Source: a virus
Virus record (IMG/VR): IMGVR_UViG_3300023174_000079
Coordinates: 32,001 to 96,000 of that record
Length of the DNA: 64,000 bases
Strand: one strand, 5' to 3'
The translations under genes were made by a program, and so were the position numbers. This document shows, piece by piece, positions 27,429-37,758 of this stretch. The notes below the pieces were generated by a model, which had not been told where the DNA came from, made no database searches, and was given only the letters and a program-made list of their open reading frames with translations. Each line of letters starts with the position of its first letter. Positions within the stretch are counted from its first letter, which is position 1.

Positions 27429-29240
27429 TTATATGGCAGTGTCTACGTAATCAACGCGTTTTGTAATACCATTACTCTTTTCCAGGAAAATAACATCACC
27501 GGTAGCTGCTTTCACGCTTTCTTTACGGTGACTGATAACCATGATGCTTTCGTTATATTTTTCAACACGCTCCTTCAGTACATTAATAACAAGTTCGATA
27601 CCACGAGCATCTAAACTCGAATCAAATAGTTCGTCGTAAATACTAAAGTTAAAACATACATCACCCTGTAATCTACGCATATCCATGAATGTAAAGAGAC
27701 AAGCAAGGTCCATATTCTTTCTCTCAGCTCCGCTAAAATTAAAATACGAACGCTGTGCTCCTTTAATATCAACGATTTCCTCTTCAAAATATTCATTAAA
27801 CGTACAAATACAGTTGGCGTCCATTTTCTGAAGATAGTAAGCAAGTTTGCTATTAAACAATTGAAGTATTTTCTTAACAATATATGACTTTACACCTTCC
27901 TCTGAGACAACAAATTTTACAACATCTAATACGTTTGTTGTTTCTTTAATTGTTTCAAGACCAGTTGTCAATCTTGTAAGCTCTTGCTGCTTTTCATCGA
28001 TTAATGTATCAAACTGCGTTGACGCTTGCTCGAGATCTTTTAAATCCTGATCAAGCATTGTTTGCCATTCATTTAATTGAATTAAACGTGCTTGTCGATT
28101 TTGTTGATCTTTTATTTCGAGATTATATGCATGAATACTATTTTCTAATGTACTGATCTTAGTGTTGACATCATTACGCTTTAAAACAAGTGTCGACTCA
28201 ATATCAGTCTGGTCATTAATAATTTGTTTATGATCTTCAATGTCGTTAGTAAGCTTCTGCTTTTCCTTCTTAATATGGTCCTTATCAGTTTCTTTGATCG
28301 AGCGTAAACATGTGGGGCATTTATCTTTATCTGTACCTACGGCATTTATTTGTTTTTGAATTTGTGTTATCAATGTTTGACTCTCACTTCTTGTGTGTCT
28401 ACAAGCTTGTATCTTATCATCGACTTTAGTATTAGCATCTTTGAGCTTGGTGATAGCAGCATTAATATTATCAATACTTTTTTCTTTAAAAGAATTTATT
28501 ATTTCTGTCACTTCAACAATTTCTTTAGCATTATTAATCTTTCGTTGTGTGTACTTTTCATGCTTTTGCTTTCGTTCATCAAGAGTATTGTCTCGCTGAC
28601 GAATATAGCTTCTAAGAACCTTATCTACTTCCTCATACCTAGTACCTTCAATATCAAGAGATTTTTTATTTTCTGTTACATCGGCTTTTAACAAGGTCGA
28701 CATATTACTGAATACACCGAGATTAAAAATATCTTCAATAAATTTTCTCTTTTCTTGTTTCTTTTTCGCCATAAACGGAGTAGTGTTGTTTATGGTCATA
28801 ATCACACAATTCTGAAATATTTCAGGCGTGCAATTAAACTTCTTCATAATGAAGTTATTTGTATTTGAAATACTATCTCTTGTTTTATCCTCATCGTTAA
28901 TATAGATAAAGCATTTTGAGGGCTCTAATGTACGTACAATTTTAATATTTTCAATGGTATCAAATTGATTAATTGTTGCTTCTAATATAACTTCGCAGTT
29001 TTTCTTGTTGATGCTATTAACAATAAATTCTTTTTTAAGATCTCTAAGTGTTTCACCAAATACAGCAAAGTTGATAGCATCAGCTATTGTCGATTTACCG
29101 ACACCATTTTGTCGATCCTCCTTGTCTTTATTGATACCTGTAATAATATGGAGACCACGTTTAAAGTCTACAGTAACAGGGGCATTACCGACGGAGAGAA
29201 AATTCTTTATCGTTATATTTTTGAAATTAATTTGTTTCAT
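27429..29240 (-). CDS. gp46: Recombination ATPase subunit (gp46/Rad50-like)
   Basis: KNFLSVGN, NGVGKST, coiled coil with CPTC hook, FSGAE, DELFDSSLD, ISH. Confidence 0.95.
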   Translation of the reverse strand: MKQINFKNITIKNFLSVGNAPVTVDFKRGLHIITGINKDKEDRQNGVGKSTIADAINFAVFGETLRDLKKEFIVNSINKKNCEVILEATINQFDTIENIKIVRTLEPSKCFIYINDEDKTRDSISNTNNFIMKKFNCTPEIFQNCVIMTINNTTPFMAKKKQEKRKFIEDIFNLGVFSNMSTLLKADVTENKKSLDIEGTRYEEVDKVLRSYIRQRDNTLDERKQKHEKYTQRKINNAKEIVEVTEIINSFKEKSIDNINAAITKLKDANTKVDDKIQACRHTRSESQTLITQIQKQINAVGTDKDKCPTCLRSIKETDKDHIKKEKQKLTNDIEDHKQIINDQTDIESTLVLKRNDVNTKISTLENSIHAYNLEIKDQQNRQARLIQLNEWQTMLDQDLKDLEQASTQFDTLIDEKQQELTRLTTGLETIKETTNVLDVVKFVVSEEGVKSYIVKKILQLFNSKLAYYLQKMDANCICTFNEYFEEEIVDIKGAQRSYFNFSGAERKNMDLACLFTFMDMRRLQGDVCFNFSIYDELFDSSLDARGIELVINVLKERVEKYNESIMVISHRKESVKAATGDVIFLEKSNGITKRVDYVDTAI

Positions 29241-30295
29241 ATTTCGCTTGCGCGTTTATATAAATCAGCACAATACTTGATTATATTCTCTTTGTTGTCA
29301 ATATCTAGCACGTTAATAAATTCCTCAATAGTTGCCTGCATATTCACCCCAGTTGATTCATAACCCTTATCGTCAATATTGTAATTATTTTCCGTATAGG
29401 TATAATCTGTAGTAAATGCTAATGGCTTATAGACAGAAAACTTTTGAATTAAAGCGTCAATAGCATCACTATTTGCTTTCTTATCGACAACAAATTTAAC
29501 AAAATTACCGTTAACCATTTCATTAATATCTGCGCCAGTCAGCGACTTAGCGTTCGTCAATTCAGTAAGTGATATCTTTCTGTGCTTTGGTGATATATTA
29601 TTTTCAAAGAAATTATAATTTAGTGTTTCAAGGTCGAGAGTATAATACCCTTTAATACCACCTAGGTCGCCAAAATCCATCTCAAACGGATTACCGACAT
29701 ATACGATTGTACCGTCATTATATACTCTTTCGTCTCTAAGATGGAAGTGACCTGACATCACAAGCTTTGCTTTAGTAAGCAGATCACGAGTCTTAGTACC
29801 GTGATCACATGTCTTAAAGCTGTTCATTTTAAAGCTCTCAATTTCTAAATGCCCAAAAATAGCATCAGATTTTGGTAAATCTGAAATATCGCCTCCCCAG
29901 GGAATAAATGTAAACGTCTTGCCAAAGAGAGTACTCGTTGTTGTTTCACTAATAACAGTTAAATTTTTTCTACCACTAAGAATGGATAATGAATTAACGT
30001 CGGAACGATCCTTATAATAGGCGTCGTGGTTACCGACGATCATAACTACATTAAACTCACTTAGCTTATCTAAAACTAGACTTGCAACATGTAATGTAGA
30101 AACGGATATGTCACTTCTATGATGATAGAAGTCACCAAGAAATAAGACATCTCTAATATCTTGCTTTTTAAGCTCCGATACAAACCAATCACACCATTCT
30201 AGAGCAACTTGATGCCATGTAGTAGAATCAAGATGTACTCCTAAATGTAGATCGGAAAATATAGCTACTTTTGATTTGTTTAAAAATAAATCCAC
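29237..30295 (-). CDS. gp47: Recombination nuclease subunit (gp47/Mre11-like)
   Basis: SDLHLG, LGDFY, VGNHD, GHLE, SGHFH, YVGNP. Confidence 0.95.
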   Translation of the reverse strand: MDLFLNKSKVAIFSDLHLGVHLDSTTWHQVALEWCDWFVSELKKQDIRDVLFLGDFYHHRSDISVSTLHVASLVLDKLSEFNVVMIVGNHDAYYKDRSDVNSLSILSGRKNLTVISETTTSTLFGKTFTFIPWGGDISDLPKSDAIFGHLEIESFKMNSFKTCDHGTKTRDLLTKAKLVMSGHFHLRDERVYNDGTIVYVGNPFEMDFGDLGGIKGYYTLDLETLNYNFFENNISPKHRKISLTELTNAKSLTGADINEMVNGNFVKFVVDKKANSDAIDALIQKFSVYKPLAFTTDYTYTENNYNIDDKGYESTGVNMQATIEEFINVLDIDNKENIIKYCADLYKRASEI

Positions 30296-30297
30296 AA

Positions 30298-30909
30298 TTA
30301 TTCGTCAGCGTCATCACCTGTGGGCTCAATATAAATATGAGCACCGTTATTTTCTTCAGGGTTAAGCATTAATTCTGTATAGACTTTTTCTCTATACTCG
30401 TTAATGGCTTCATGATGCTTCTTTTCTTTTTTAATTCTATTAATAAAAGCGTGAAATGCAATAGTAGTGAAATATGAAAACGGACTAAATCCACAATCGA
30501 TCTTAAACTTCTTATTCTTTAATGCTGAAAACATCTTAACAACAGCATCGCCGACCATATCTTCCTTATACGAATAATTTAAAAAATTAGGGGCATAAGA
30601 AAGACCGTTGGCTATTTTATTAATACTTTCACACAGCTTATCAGTCATTGTGTCTGTTTTATAGTAGTTTCTTATTTCGTCTTCGAATTCTCGGCTATTG
30701 ACGTAATGAACCTTATCCTTTGGCTTGATCTTTTTAGGTGTTTCAACTTCATCAGCAATAGGCAGCGTCTGAATAATCTCTTGTGGAAGAACCTCTACGA
30801 TATCTTCCTCCTCGGATGTGAGATTAAGATCTAAGATAATAGGATCAGCTTTAGCCTTCTTACTTTTCTTCGATTTCTTTGATTGCAAATGGGATGTGTT
30901 CTTTTTCAT
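30298..30909 (-). CDS. gp55: Late-transcription sigma factor (gp55-like)
   Basis: HYVNSREF, IANGLSYAPNF.NYSYKEDMVGDA, PFSYFTTIAFHAFINRIKKEKK. Confidence 0.92.
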   Translation of the reverse strand: MKKNTSHLQSKKSKKSKKAKADPIILDLNLTSEEEDIVEVLPQEIIQTLPIADEVETPKKIKPKDKVHYVNSREFEDEIRNYYKTDTMTDKLCESINKIANGLSYAPNFLNYSYKEDMVGDAVVKMFSALKNKKFKIDCGFSPFSYFTTIAFHAFINRIKKEKKHHEAINEYREKVYTELMLNPEENNGAHIYIEPTGDDADE

Positions 30910-32323
30910 AAAGTGCTTGTCGTTTTAATGCATGTGCAGCGCTATAGCGGAGATCATCAGTAATATCAAATATTATAAGCTTAGTTTTATCTTTATGCAA
31001 CCTAAGACCTCTACCAATCGATTGAACAATTTTTATCTTGGCCTTACCACCGCATGCAAAGATTATATAATGTAAATTTTTAATATTGATTCCGGTTGAG
31101 AAGATTTTTGATATAGCTACTACCACGACATTGCTATTAGTCTCCATGAGCTGTCTGACTCTATCACGCTCCTCTACTTCAACTTCTCCGCGAATAAAAA
31201 AGCATTGTTTCTCAGGCATCATACGCTGAACGATATCGAATAATAGTTCGCCGTGTTGGATATAATCAACCATTATAAGAGAATTTTGATTCAGACCCTT
31301 AGTAAGCTTTGCAATGAGTTCGTTTCGAAAGGTGGAGGTCGTGAGGTATTCTAGTTCTTCTCTATATGCATTTCCGCCATCAGTTTTTTTTGGTACGTTC
31401 TTATGTAAAAGTTTAATAACCTGAATTGATGCATTACTTACATAGTTATCTTGTCTTAGATCGTAGCTATTTTTTTCATAGATAACCGGGCCAATCTTAC
31501 CGATAATATTCCATTGATCTAAGCTCTCCTCAGGCATTGTACCTGTAAATCCAAACCTATAAGGTGTTTTAATTTTCTTAAGAATATCGTTTACTTTATT
31601 ACCTTTACGAATTTTATGTACTTCATCGACAATTAACAGGTCGATGTCCTCCAGCCAATCTAAATTACTATTTTTGCTTTGTAAGATACCAAGATTTGAT
31701 ACAATTACGTTAGATGATAGATCTAAATCATCGTCACCTGTCCATTTTGAAACTTTAAATGGTACACCGTAATCAATAAAATCTTGATAGGTCTGCGATG
31801 CAAGACCACGATCTGGTACAATAAAGAGACATTTAAAGTCTTGTTTATTGTATGGTGACATATAGAGTCGATAGACTTTGGAAATTAGTGAAGCTGACGT
31901 TAGTGTTTTGCCACCTGCAGTAGCAAGAATAATAGTACCCCTTCCATTAAAAAGACATTCCTTTACGATATCTTCTTGATAGTCTCTAAGGCTTAATTTA
32001 AGTGGGTATATTTCATTTTTAAAATCTAACTGTTGATGCCAACCGTGTCTTGCTGGTACAACCTGATCAAAAACATCTTTATTATATTCAATTTCACCTA
32101 CGTATTGCTGACTGGTGAGAAACTTTTTAATCTCAACAAAAAGACATGGCTCAAATCTACCGGTTGGTGTTATCGCGTAGGTTCGCGAAGGCATAAACCT
32201 ACCTCGTCTACGCATAAAATGTGCTGCTTCATTTTTTACAGAGAAATGCTCACGTATTTCATCAAACATATCACCTGATAATACACCGAGTCTTTTTTTC
32301 TTATCGTAATCAAATTTTATCAT
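30860..32323 (-). CDS. uvsW: UvsW SF2 helicase
   Basis: LRDYQ, ATAGGKT, VDEVH, GFTGT, FSTGINIKNLH, QSIGRGLR. Confidence 0.93.
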   Translation of the reverse strand: MIKFDYDKKKRLGVLSGDMFDEIREHFSVKNEAAHFMRRRGRFMPSRTYAITPTGRFEPCLFVEIKKFLTSQQYVGEIEYNKDVFDQVVPARHGWHQQLDFKNEIYPLKLSLRDYQEDIVKECLFNGRGTIILATAGGKTLTSASLISKVYRLYMSPYNKQDFKCLFIVPDRGLASQTYQDFIDYGVPFKVSKWTGDDDLDLSSNVIVSNLGILQSKNSNLDWLEDIDLLIVDEVHKIRKGNKVNDILKKIKTPYRFGFTGTMPEESLDQWNIIGKIGPVIYEKNSYDLRQDNYVSNASIQVIKLLHKNVPKKTDGGNAYREELEYLTTSTFRNELIAKLTKGLNQNSLIMVDYIQHGELLFDIVQRMMPEKQCFFIRGEVEVEERDRVRQLMETNSNVVVVAISKIFSTGINIKNLHYIIFACGGKAKIKIVQSIGRGLRLHKDKTKLIIFDITDDLRYSAAHALKRQALYEKEHIPFAIKEIEEK

Positions 32324-32709
32324 GTTGTCTCAAGCTGCATTATCTTGATAATATTTGATATATCATATGAACAGCTACTTAGCGTTTTTTCGGAACGTTC
32401 GAGAAGTTCAACAAGAAGATCAGTGTCTTGAATTTGCTTGTTAATATCTTGAATCCTGCTATGTTTATCGGCAGTAGCAGCAATAACAGGTTGTGTTAGT
32501 TTAACAGCGCTCGTATGATCGATTTCTGACATAATATCAGCTTTTACTTTATCTTTTTGCTTCTTAAGCTGATTAATATGTGATTTCAATCGAATCATTC
32601 TTCCTGTCCATTTATGCTTTATAGCAGGAAGACGAAGCTGATAATCTTTAAGATTGAGTTCGTTAATCTTAAGATCTTCTTCTAATTCTTTAATGTATTC
32701 TTCAAGCAT
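32320..32709 (-). CDS. uvsY: Recombination mediator (UvsY-like)
   Basis: ~129 aa coiled coil; DLKINE, PAIKHKW, YDISNII; adjacent to uvsW. Confidence 0.7.
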   Translation of the reverse strand: MLEEYIKELEEDLKINELNLKDYQLRLPAIKHKWTGRMIRLKSHINQLKKQKDKVKADIMSEIDHTSAVKLTQPVIAATADKHSRIQDINKQIQDTDLLVELLERSEKTLSSCSYDISNIIKIMQLETT

Positions 32710-32744
32710 TAACCTTAAATATAATATAAGATACCTAAAAATCA

Positions 32745-33002
32745 ATGAGTAAATTTAACAGGCTTGTAGAAGAACTTTTATCTGAAATGGCAGCGAATGT
32801 CGCTGGTGGTGCTGGTGCTGTTACAGGTCCGGTAACATCGGGTAATTACGGAAATCAGTTTCCCTCACAAAATGATAGTGCATATGCACCTAATGATGCA
32901 CGCGTACCTACTATACTAGGTGTTAAATCTTCAGGTAAAAAGAAAAAAAAGAAAGTTAAAGTACCTATTCAGCGTAGAAGTATATATTTACCGAGAATGT
33001 AA
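32745..33002 (+). CDS. Small hypothetical protein with a basic tail
   Basis: 85 aa; MSKFNRLVEELLSE leader. Confidence 0.6.
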   Translation: MSKFNRLVEELLSEMAANVAGGAGAVTGPVTSGNYGNQFPSQNDSAYAPNDARVPTILGVKSSGKKKKKKVKVPIQRRSIYLPRM

Positions 33003-33013
33003 TAACTATCTGT

Positions 33014-33439
33014 ATGGATAGCGGACATTGGCTTTTGAGTGAAGGTGTTATTATTGATGAGAATACTTTTGGGTTTATCTATTTGATTGTTAATACTATT
33101 AATAATAAAAAGTATATCGGTAAAAAGCAATGCACTAGTCGTATCAAGCGTAGACCATTAAAGGGTAAGAAAAATAATCGGATTGATTATAAGGAATCTG
33201 ATTGGAGATCCTATACAAGCTCGTCTAATGAGCTCAATGCAGATATAGAGAAGTATGGAAAGGATAAATTTATATTTAAAATTTTACGTACTTGTGATTC
33301 AAAGTGGGCTTTAGCGTACTATGAAATAAAAGAACAGTTAGGTGAAGATGTACTTTTGCGTGATGATTATTATAATGGAATTTGTAACGTACGTATTGGT
33401 AAGGCTCCTAAGCTCGAGCTTGCAAAATTTAAACTATAA
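33014..33439 (+). CDS. GIY-YIG endonuclease (endonuclease II/DenA-like)
   Basis: GFIY...KKYIGKK, ESDWRSY.SSS, YYNG. Confidence 0.85.
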   Translation: MDSGHWLLSEGVIIDENTFGFIYLIVNTINNKKYIGKKQCTSRIKRRPLKGKKNNRIDYKESDWRSYTSSSNELNADIEKYGKDKFIFKILRTCDSKWALAYYEIKEQLGEDVLLRDDYYNGICNVRIGKAPKLELAKFKL

Positions 33440-33451
33440 TATTATACTGTT

Positions 33452-34030
33452 GTGGTGATCGAAAGCTGTACATTTAATCAGTTTAATCTTCAGTTGATTA
33501 GCTTTGAGTCTATTTTTAAAAATATCGAAGTTGCTTTTATTAATGATCTCGCAAAATATCAGCTTTTACCAACAAAGAAAGTAACGAGAGATATTAAGAA
33601 ATTACTATATCATCATATTTTTTACGGTACATGTGAATGTCTCTTAAGGCGTGAATCAAGGGAACGGGTTGTATTGCTCAAGGCAATGCAATTAGATTTA
33701 ACCGGTTTTCAAGTTTTGCAATACTTCGATAAGGAAATAATTCAAAAACACGTTGATCAGATAGCTCTAAAGGTAGCGAGATTATTACCAATAAACATGT
33801 ATGGTTATGAAAATATAGAATTTTGTTCACTCAAGCATTTGTATTCAAAGCGTGATGGTAATGTTATTGAACTTATCGAACGTATACGATCTTATGCATG
33901 GACAAAGGATTTTACGCGGTCACATTATACGTTTGCAAAAGTCAGAGGGTTTGTAAAGCGTAATGAATTGACTTTTTTAAGTGAGAAGTACTTTAATCAA
34001 CTTAAAACAAAGCAACTTCTCTATGTATAA
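33452..34030 (+). CDS. Hypothetical protein
   Basis: 192 aa; TATACT just upstream of the GTG start. Confidence 0.6.
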   Translation: MVIESCTFNQFNLQLISFESIFKNIEVAFINDLAKYQLLPTKKVTRDIKKLLYHHIFYGTCECLLRRESRERVVLLKAMQLDLTGFQVLQYFDKEIIQKHVDQIALKVARLLPINMYGYENIEFCSLKHLYSKRDGNVIELIERIRSYAWTKDFTRSHYTFAKVRGFVKRNELTFLSEKYFNQLKTKQLLYV

Positions 34031-34046
34031 GTATTAAATACTTATA

Positions 34047-34496
34047 ATGAAATTTCTTGATAAACTTAATAAGCAATGGACTCTACTAGATGAGGATGAT
34101 GCTACACAAGTTCCTGATAATACAGCGGATGCTGCAGCTCCTGATCCTAATGCAATTCCAAAGCCTGCTACAGGTGAGCTAGCGCAAGTAGCTCCTGAAG
34201 GCTATGTCGGTCTTGTAAAGCTGTTAGCAAAGGCAACAGCTATGAATTTTCCTGCTGGTGCGCTTGATGAAATTTTTAGAACAGATATTACAGCTGAGAA
34301 CGCTTTTCCTATGCAGACTGCTCTCGAAGCTGCTATTAAGCAGAATGAAATGTACAGCGACAATCCAGAAAGATTACAAAATATAAATTATAATAAATTT
34401 GCTAATAGCATTAACGCTGGAAATTTTATAAACAAATATAAGCAGCTTCTTGCAGCTATGAAAAAGCAAGATCCATATTTAAAAGATGAGCTTTAA
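34047..34496 (+). CDS. Hypothetical late protein
   Basis: 149 aa; TAAATA upstream; MKFLDKL...LDE leader. Confidence 0.65.
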   Translation: MKFLDKLNKQWTLLDEDDATQVPDNTADAAAPDPNAIPKPATGELAQVAPEGYVGLVKLLAKATAMNFPAGALDEIFRTDITAENAFPMQTALEAAIKQNEMYSDNPERLQNINYNKFANSINAGNFINKYKQLLAAMKKQDPYLKDEL

Positions 34497-35775
34497 AAGT
34501 TTAAAAGATATTTACGCGGAAAAATGTATAGGTGCACCTGTAGGTTTGATGCCTAGGCAGGCTGTAATCTTATCTAAATTTGTTACCGAGGGTGGAGCAG
34601 CTGGTCATATGGATCATCCTTTCGATTTACCGCAAGTCAAAACAGGTAGAGATTTAATTAATGTTTTTAATAAAACGATTCAATCAATACAGAAAAATCC
34701 GCCTTCAGTAAAAATTGACGGTGTTAATGCCTCAATAAAGCTTGTTACAAACCCTGACGGTAGTATGGAATTTGGTCTTGATCGTGGATCAAATAAGCCG
34801 CTTGATGTAAAAGGCGTAACAAGAGCAGATCTCAATAGTAGGTTTACTGAAGGTCACGGAATGATCGAGGTTGGCGGTATTGTATTAGATATTTTTAATA
34901 AGGCTCTCCCTACTATAAAAGACGATTTAGCAAAGCTTGGTTTCTTTAAAAAGCCTCTACTCCTTAATATGGAATATGTAAAGGGCGGTACAAATGTCAT
35001 TGGTTACGCAGATAATTTTCTTGCTATTCACGGTATTAACGAAATTTATGAAGTTAAAAGCCCGGTTAAAGGATCTATCTCTCGTGCAACAAGAGAGATT
35101 TCCTATAATCCTGAAGTATTGCAAGATCTTATTGATAAAGTTAATAAAATTGCGAAGAATTATGGATTTAAGATTCTTGGTTCAGTACCTGCTAAGTTAA
35201 AGAATAGGGTCGATCTCACCTCAACGCTTAATACTGAATTAACAGTTAAATACTCTGACCATACAGCAGAAACTAAAACATTAAAAGCTTGGCTTGAACA
35301 AAGCAAGAACCCACGTGGACAAAAGATTACCTTATCAAATGGAAAGAAGGTCGATGCACTTAGTAAGCAAGTCTATATGGATATTCTTAATGGTGTAGCG
35401 CTAGATCAATACATTAAGGACGGTAATAAGGAAGACGAAAAAGCAGCTATAAGTGGTGCGGTCTTTTACCATGCGGTTCGTCTTTTGGGTCAGAAGATTA
35501 TCGATTCTATGACTTCTGAAATGGGAGATATTAACAATCACGAAGGTGTTGTAATACGTGATTCGTCAATCTCATCAAAGCCATTTAAGCTTACCGGTAA
35601 TTTTATTGTCCGAGGTCTTGAGTCAAGATTTGCACAACAAGATAATGAAGAAGTTTCAGGGTTGTTGCAGAATATTGCTACAGCAAACGGTCTCTATGTT
35701 AATTCACCGTACGATCGCGCGACCGGTGGTACGGGAGCCGGTGGCGGTACACGAGTTGGTGCAGAGGTTAGCTAA
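34486..35775 (+). CDS. RNA-ligase-like covalent nucleotidyltransferase-fold protein
   Basis: Motif I VKIDG, III LNMEYV, IV HEGVVIR, V PFKLTG; N-terminal EGGAAGHMDHPFD. Confidence 0.65.
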   Translation: MSFKSLKDIYAEKCIGAPVGLMPRQAVILSKFVTEGGAAGHMDHPFDLPQVKTGRDLINVFNKTIQSIQKNPPSVKIDGVNASIKLVTNPDGSMEFGLDRGSNKPLDVKGVTRADLNSRFTEGHGMIEVGGIVLDIFNKALPTIKDDLAKLGFFKKPLLLNMEYVKGGTNVIGYADNFLAIHGINEIYEVKSPVKGSISRATREISYNPEVLQDLIDKVNKIAKNYGFKILGSVPAKLKNRVDLTSTLNTELTVKYSDHTAETKTLKAWLEQSKNPRGQKITLSNGKKVDALSKQVYMDILNGVALDQYIKDGNKEDEKAAISGAVFYHAVRLLGQKIIDSMTSEMGDINNHEGVVIRDSSISSKPFKLTGNFIVRGLESRFAQQDNEEVSGLLQNIATANGLYVNSPYDRATGGTGAGGGTRVGAEVS

Positions 35776-35776
35776 T

Positions 35777-36394
35777 ATGAAATACAAAGCTTTAGTTGAA
35801 AATATCATAGCAGACATTAAGCCTACAGGGTCAAAGGCTGTCTTTGTTTTTGGAAGAATGAACCCCCCTACTCTCGGCCATGAATTGTTAATAGCAAAAG
35901 CTGTTGAAGTCGGTAGAGCTGAACATTGCGATACATTTGTTATTCTTTCAAAAACACAAGATACTAAAAAGAACCCTGTTCCATATAACGACAAGCTTGC
36001 AGCTATAAATGCTGCTCTTCCGCGTGTTAATTTTATAGATTCAGAAAAAATTAAAACTTTATTTGATGCCGTACAGTTTTTAATCGATAGTGGTTATACT
36101 GATTTAATACTTGTTTGTGGTAGTGATCGGGCAGCGGAATATGATGCTCTATTTAACAAATATATTAATAATCCAGATCCAGAAAAACGCTTAGCATTAA
36201 CTAGCTTTAAAACAGCTGTCGCCGGTGCAAATAGAGATCCGGATAGTGATGATGCTTCTGGTATAAGCGCTACGAAGGCTCGTAATTTAGCAAAAGCTGG
36301 AGACTTTGAAGCTTTTAAAAAAATATTACCTACACAAATGCCTGAAAATCAGGCTAAGGTTTTATTTGATGACATTCGAAAGAACTTAAAATAA
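35777..36394 (+). CDS. HIGH-family (cytidylyltransferase/NMNAT-like) nucleotidyltransferase
   Basis: FGRMNPPTLGH, KNP, VCGSDR, ISATKAR. Confidence 0.85.
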   Translation: MKYKALVENIIADIKPTGSKAVFVFGRMNPPTLGHELLIAKAVEVGRAEHCDTFVILSKTQDTKKNPVPYNDKLAAINAALPRVNFIDSEKIKTLFDAVQFLIDSGYTDLILVCGSDRAAEYDALFNKYINNPDPEKRLALTSFKTAVAGANRDPDSDDASGISATKARNLAKAGDFEAFKKILPTQMPENQAKVLFDDIRKNLK

Positions 36395-36395
36395 A

Positions 36396-37019
36396 TTAAG
36401 CTTCGAGCATCTTTATCATTCCGTAGACAGCATCTTCAACCCTTTCTTTTGGCTGGCTACGCATAAGTTCTTTAATTTTATTAATTAAGTTTTCACCGCC
36501 AGCATCTATACTCTTATAGAGATCTTGTTCTGTCTTTTCTTCAATCTCAATATCGTGATCAACTCTGTGCTTAAAATCTTCGTAATCCTTATAACCGAGC
36601 ACACTATTAATGTTATCTGTAGCTTTGCTTAATTTATCTGCTACCCAAGGCTCAATTTCACTATCACAAGGTATAATGTCGTAGAGCATCGCTGCCATTT
36701 TTGTAATTCTGTAAAGGTTTTGCTTTGCCATATTGGATGCCTTGTGTTCGGGATGTTCACCGGTATGTGTAAATTCATCGTCTTCATTATCATAATCGCT
36801 ATGTTTTTTCTTCCTTGCAAATACCATATCATCTTCCGATTTTACGTCTTCTTCACTCCACTCGCACTCACAATCTTCTGCTGCTTGATTACACTTAAGA
36901 CATTTTCTCATAGGTGCGCCATTTTCGCTATCTTCAGCGTTTGGGCCAAGGCCTACATTTTCCTGTAAGAACACTCTTGTACTATAGAGGGTATTAAGAT
37001 CATCAATATAACTACGCAT
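36396..37019 (-). CDS. Hypothetical acidic late protein
   Basis: Start at MRSYIDDL (ATAATA-rich ATAAATA upstream); CLKC..CEC; EPWVADKL. Confidence 0.65.
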   Translation of the reverse strand: MRSYIDDLNTLYSTRVFLQENVGLGPNAEDSENGAPMRKCLKCNQAAEDCECEWSEEDVKSEDDMVFARKKKHSDYDNEDDEFTHTGEHPEHKASNMAKQNLYRITKMAAMLYDIIPCDSEIEPWVADKLSKATDNINSVLGYKDYEDFKHRVDHDIEIEEKTEQDLYKSIDAGGENLINKIKELMRSQPKERVEDAVYGMIKMLEA

Positions 37020-37053
37020 ATGTAAATATTTATTCTCGCAATTAAATAATATT

Positions 37054-37362
37054 ATGCAAAGTTTATTTGAATCACGCTTTATTGAAGTATTAGAAAAAAA
37101 CGGACCGAGCTTATCTATTAAGCGTGGTGAAAAGCTCCCCGTAAGTCGTGGCGGTGGGTTAACTGCAAAGGGTCGTGCCAAATATAATCGCGCTACAGGA
37201 TCACATCTCAAGGCCCCTGTTACAGGTAAGGTTAAGAAGGGGTCTAAGGCATCTAAGCGTAGAAAGAGTTTTTGTGCTAGAAGTAAAGCTTGGATTCCTG
37301 CAGGCGGCTGCGCTGGCAAGAAGACAAGAGGTTGTGCTGCGAGGAGGAGATGGAAATGCTAA
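37054..37362 (+). CDS. Small basic protein (DUF6321-like)
   Basis: GGGLTAKGRAKYNRATGSHLKAPV...RRKSFCARS...RRRWKC. Confidence 0.7.
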   Translation: MQSLFESRFIEVLEKNGPSLSIKRGEKLPVSRGGGLTAKGRAKYNRATGSHLKAPVTGKVKKGSKASKRRKSFCARSKAWIPAGGCAGKKTRGCAARRRWKC

Positions 37363-37508
37363 CGTTCAGACAATTTATTATAGAAAAAAAGGTTAAGCGC
37401 GATCGTTGCTTAAGAAGAGCGGATTCAGTCTATGGTAAAAAAACGTCTGCTTATAAGTCTGGAGCTGTTGTAAAATGCCGTCAAGGAAAAATCTGGAAAA
37501 AGAAATGA
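37356..37508 (+). CDS. Small basic protein with capsid-targeting-like leader
   Basis: MLTFRQFIIE...DRC...SAYKSGAVVKCRQG. Confidence 0.65.
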   Translation: MLTFRQFIIEKKVKRDRCLRRADSVYGKKTSAYKSGAVVKCRQGKIWKKK

Positions 37509-37753
37509 AATTTAATGACCTTTATCAAATATTAATGGAAGACTTTTCAAAAGAAAAGTCCCAAGGGCTTCATGGATGGTTTTCGCGTAATAAGGGAAAA
37601 GGCTGGGTCGATTGCAAAACGGGTAAACCTTGTGGTAGACAAAAAGGTGAAAAGAGAAGAAGCTATCCAGCCTGTCGACCAACAATGGCTATGTGTAATA
37701 GTAGAAAGAGACTCAAAAAAGGCTCCAAACGAATTTCTTGGAAGAAAAAATAA
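37505..37753 (+). CDS. Small basic Cys-rich protein
   Basis: GLHGWF...WVDCKTGKPCGR...YPACRPT; ATGA overlap with the previous gene. Confidence 0.7.
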   Translation: MKFNDLYQILMEDFSKEKSQGLHGWFSRNKGKGWVDCKTGKPCGRQKGEKRRSYPACRPTMAMCNSRKRLKKGSKRISWKKK

Positions 37754-37758
37754 TTATA

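Noticed and set aside
37020-37319. N-terminal extension of the ORF listed as 36396..37319
   Set aside because: It is the antisense of the basic-protein gene at 37054; a late box supports the start at 37019.
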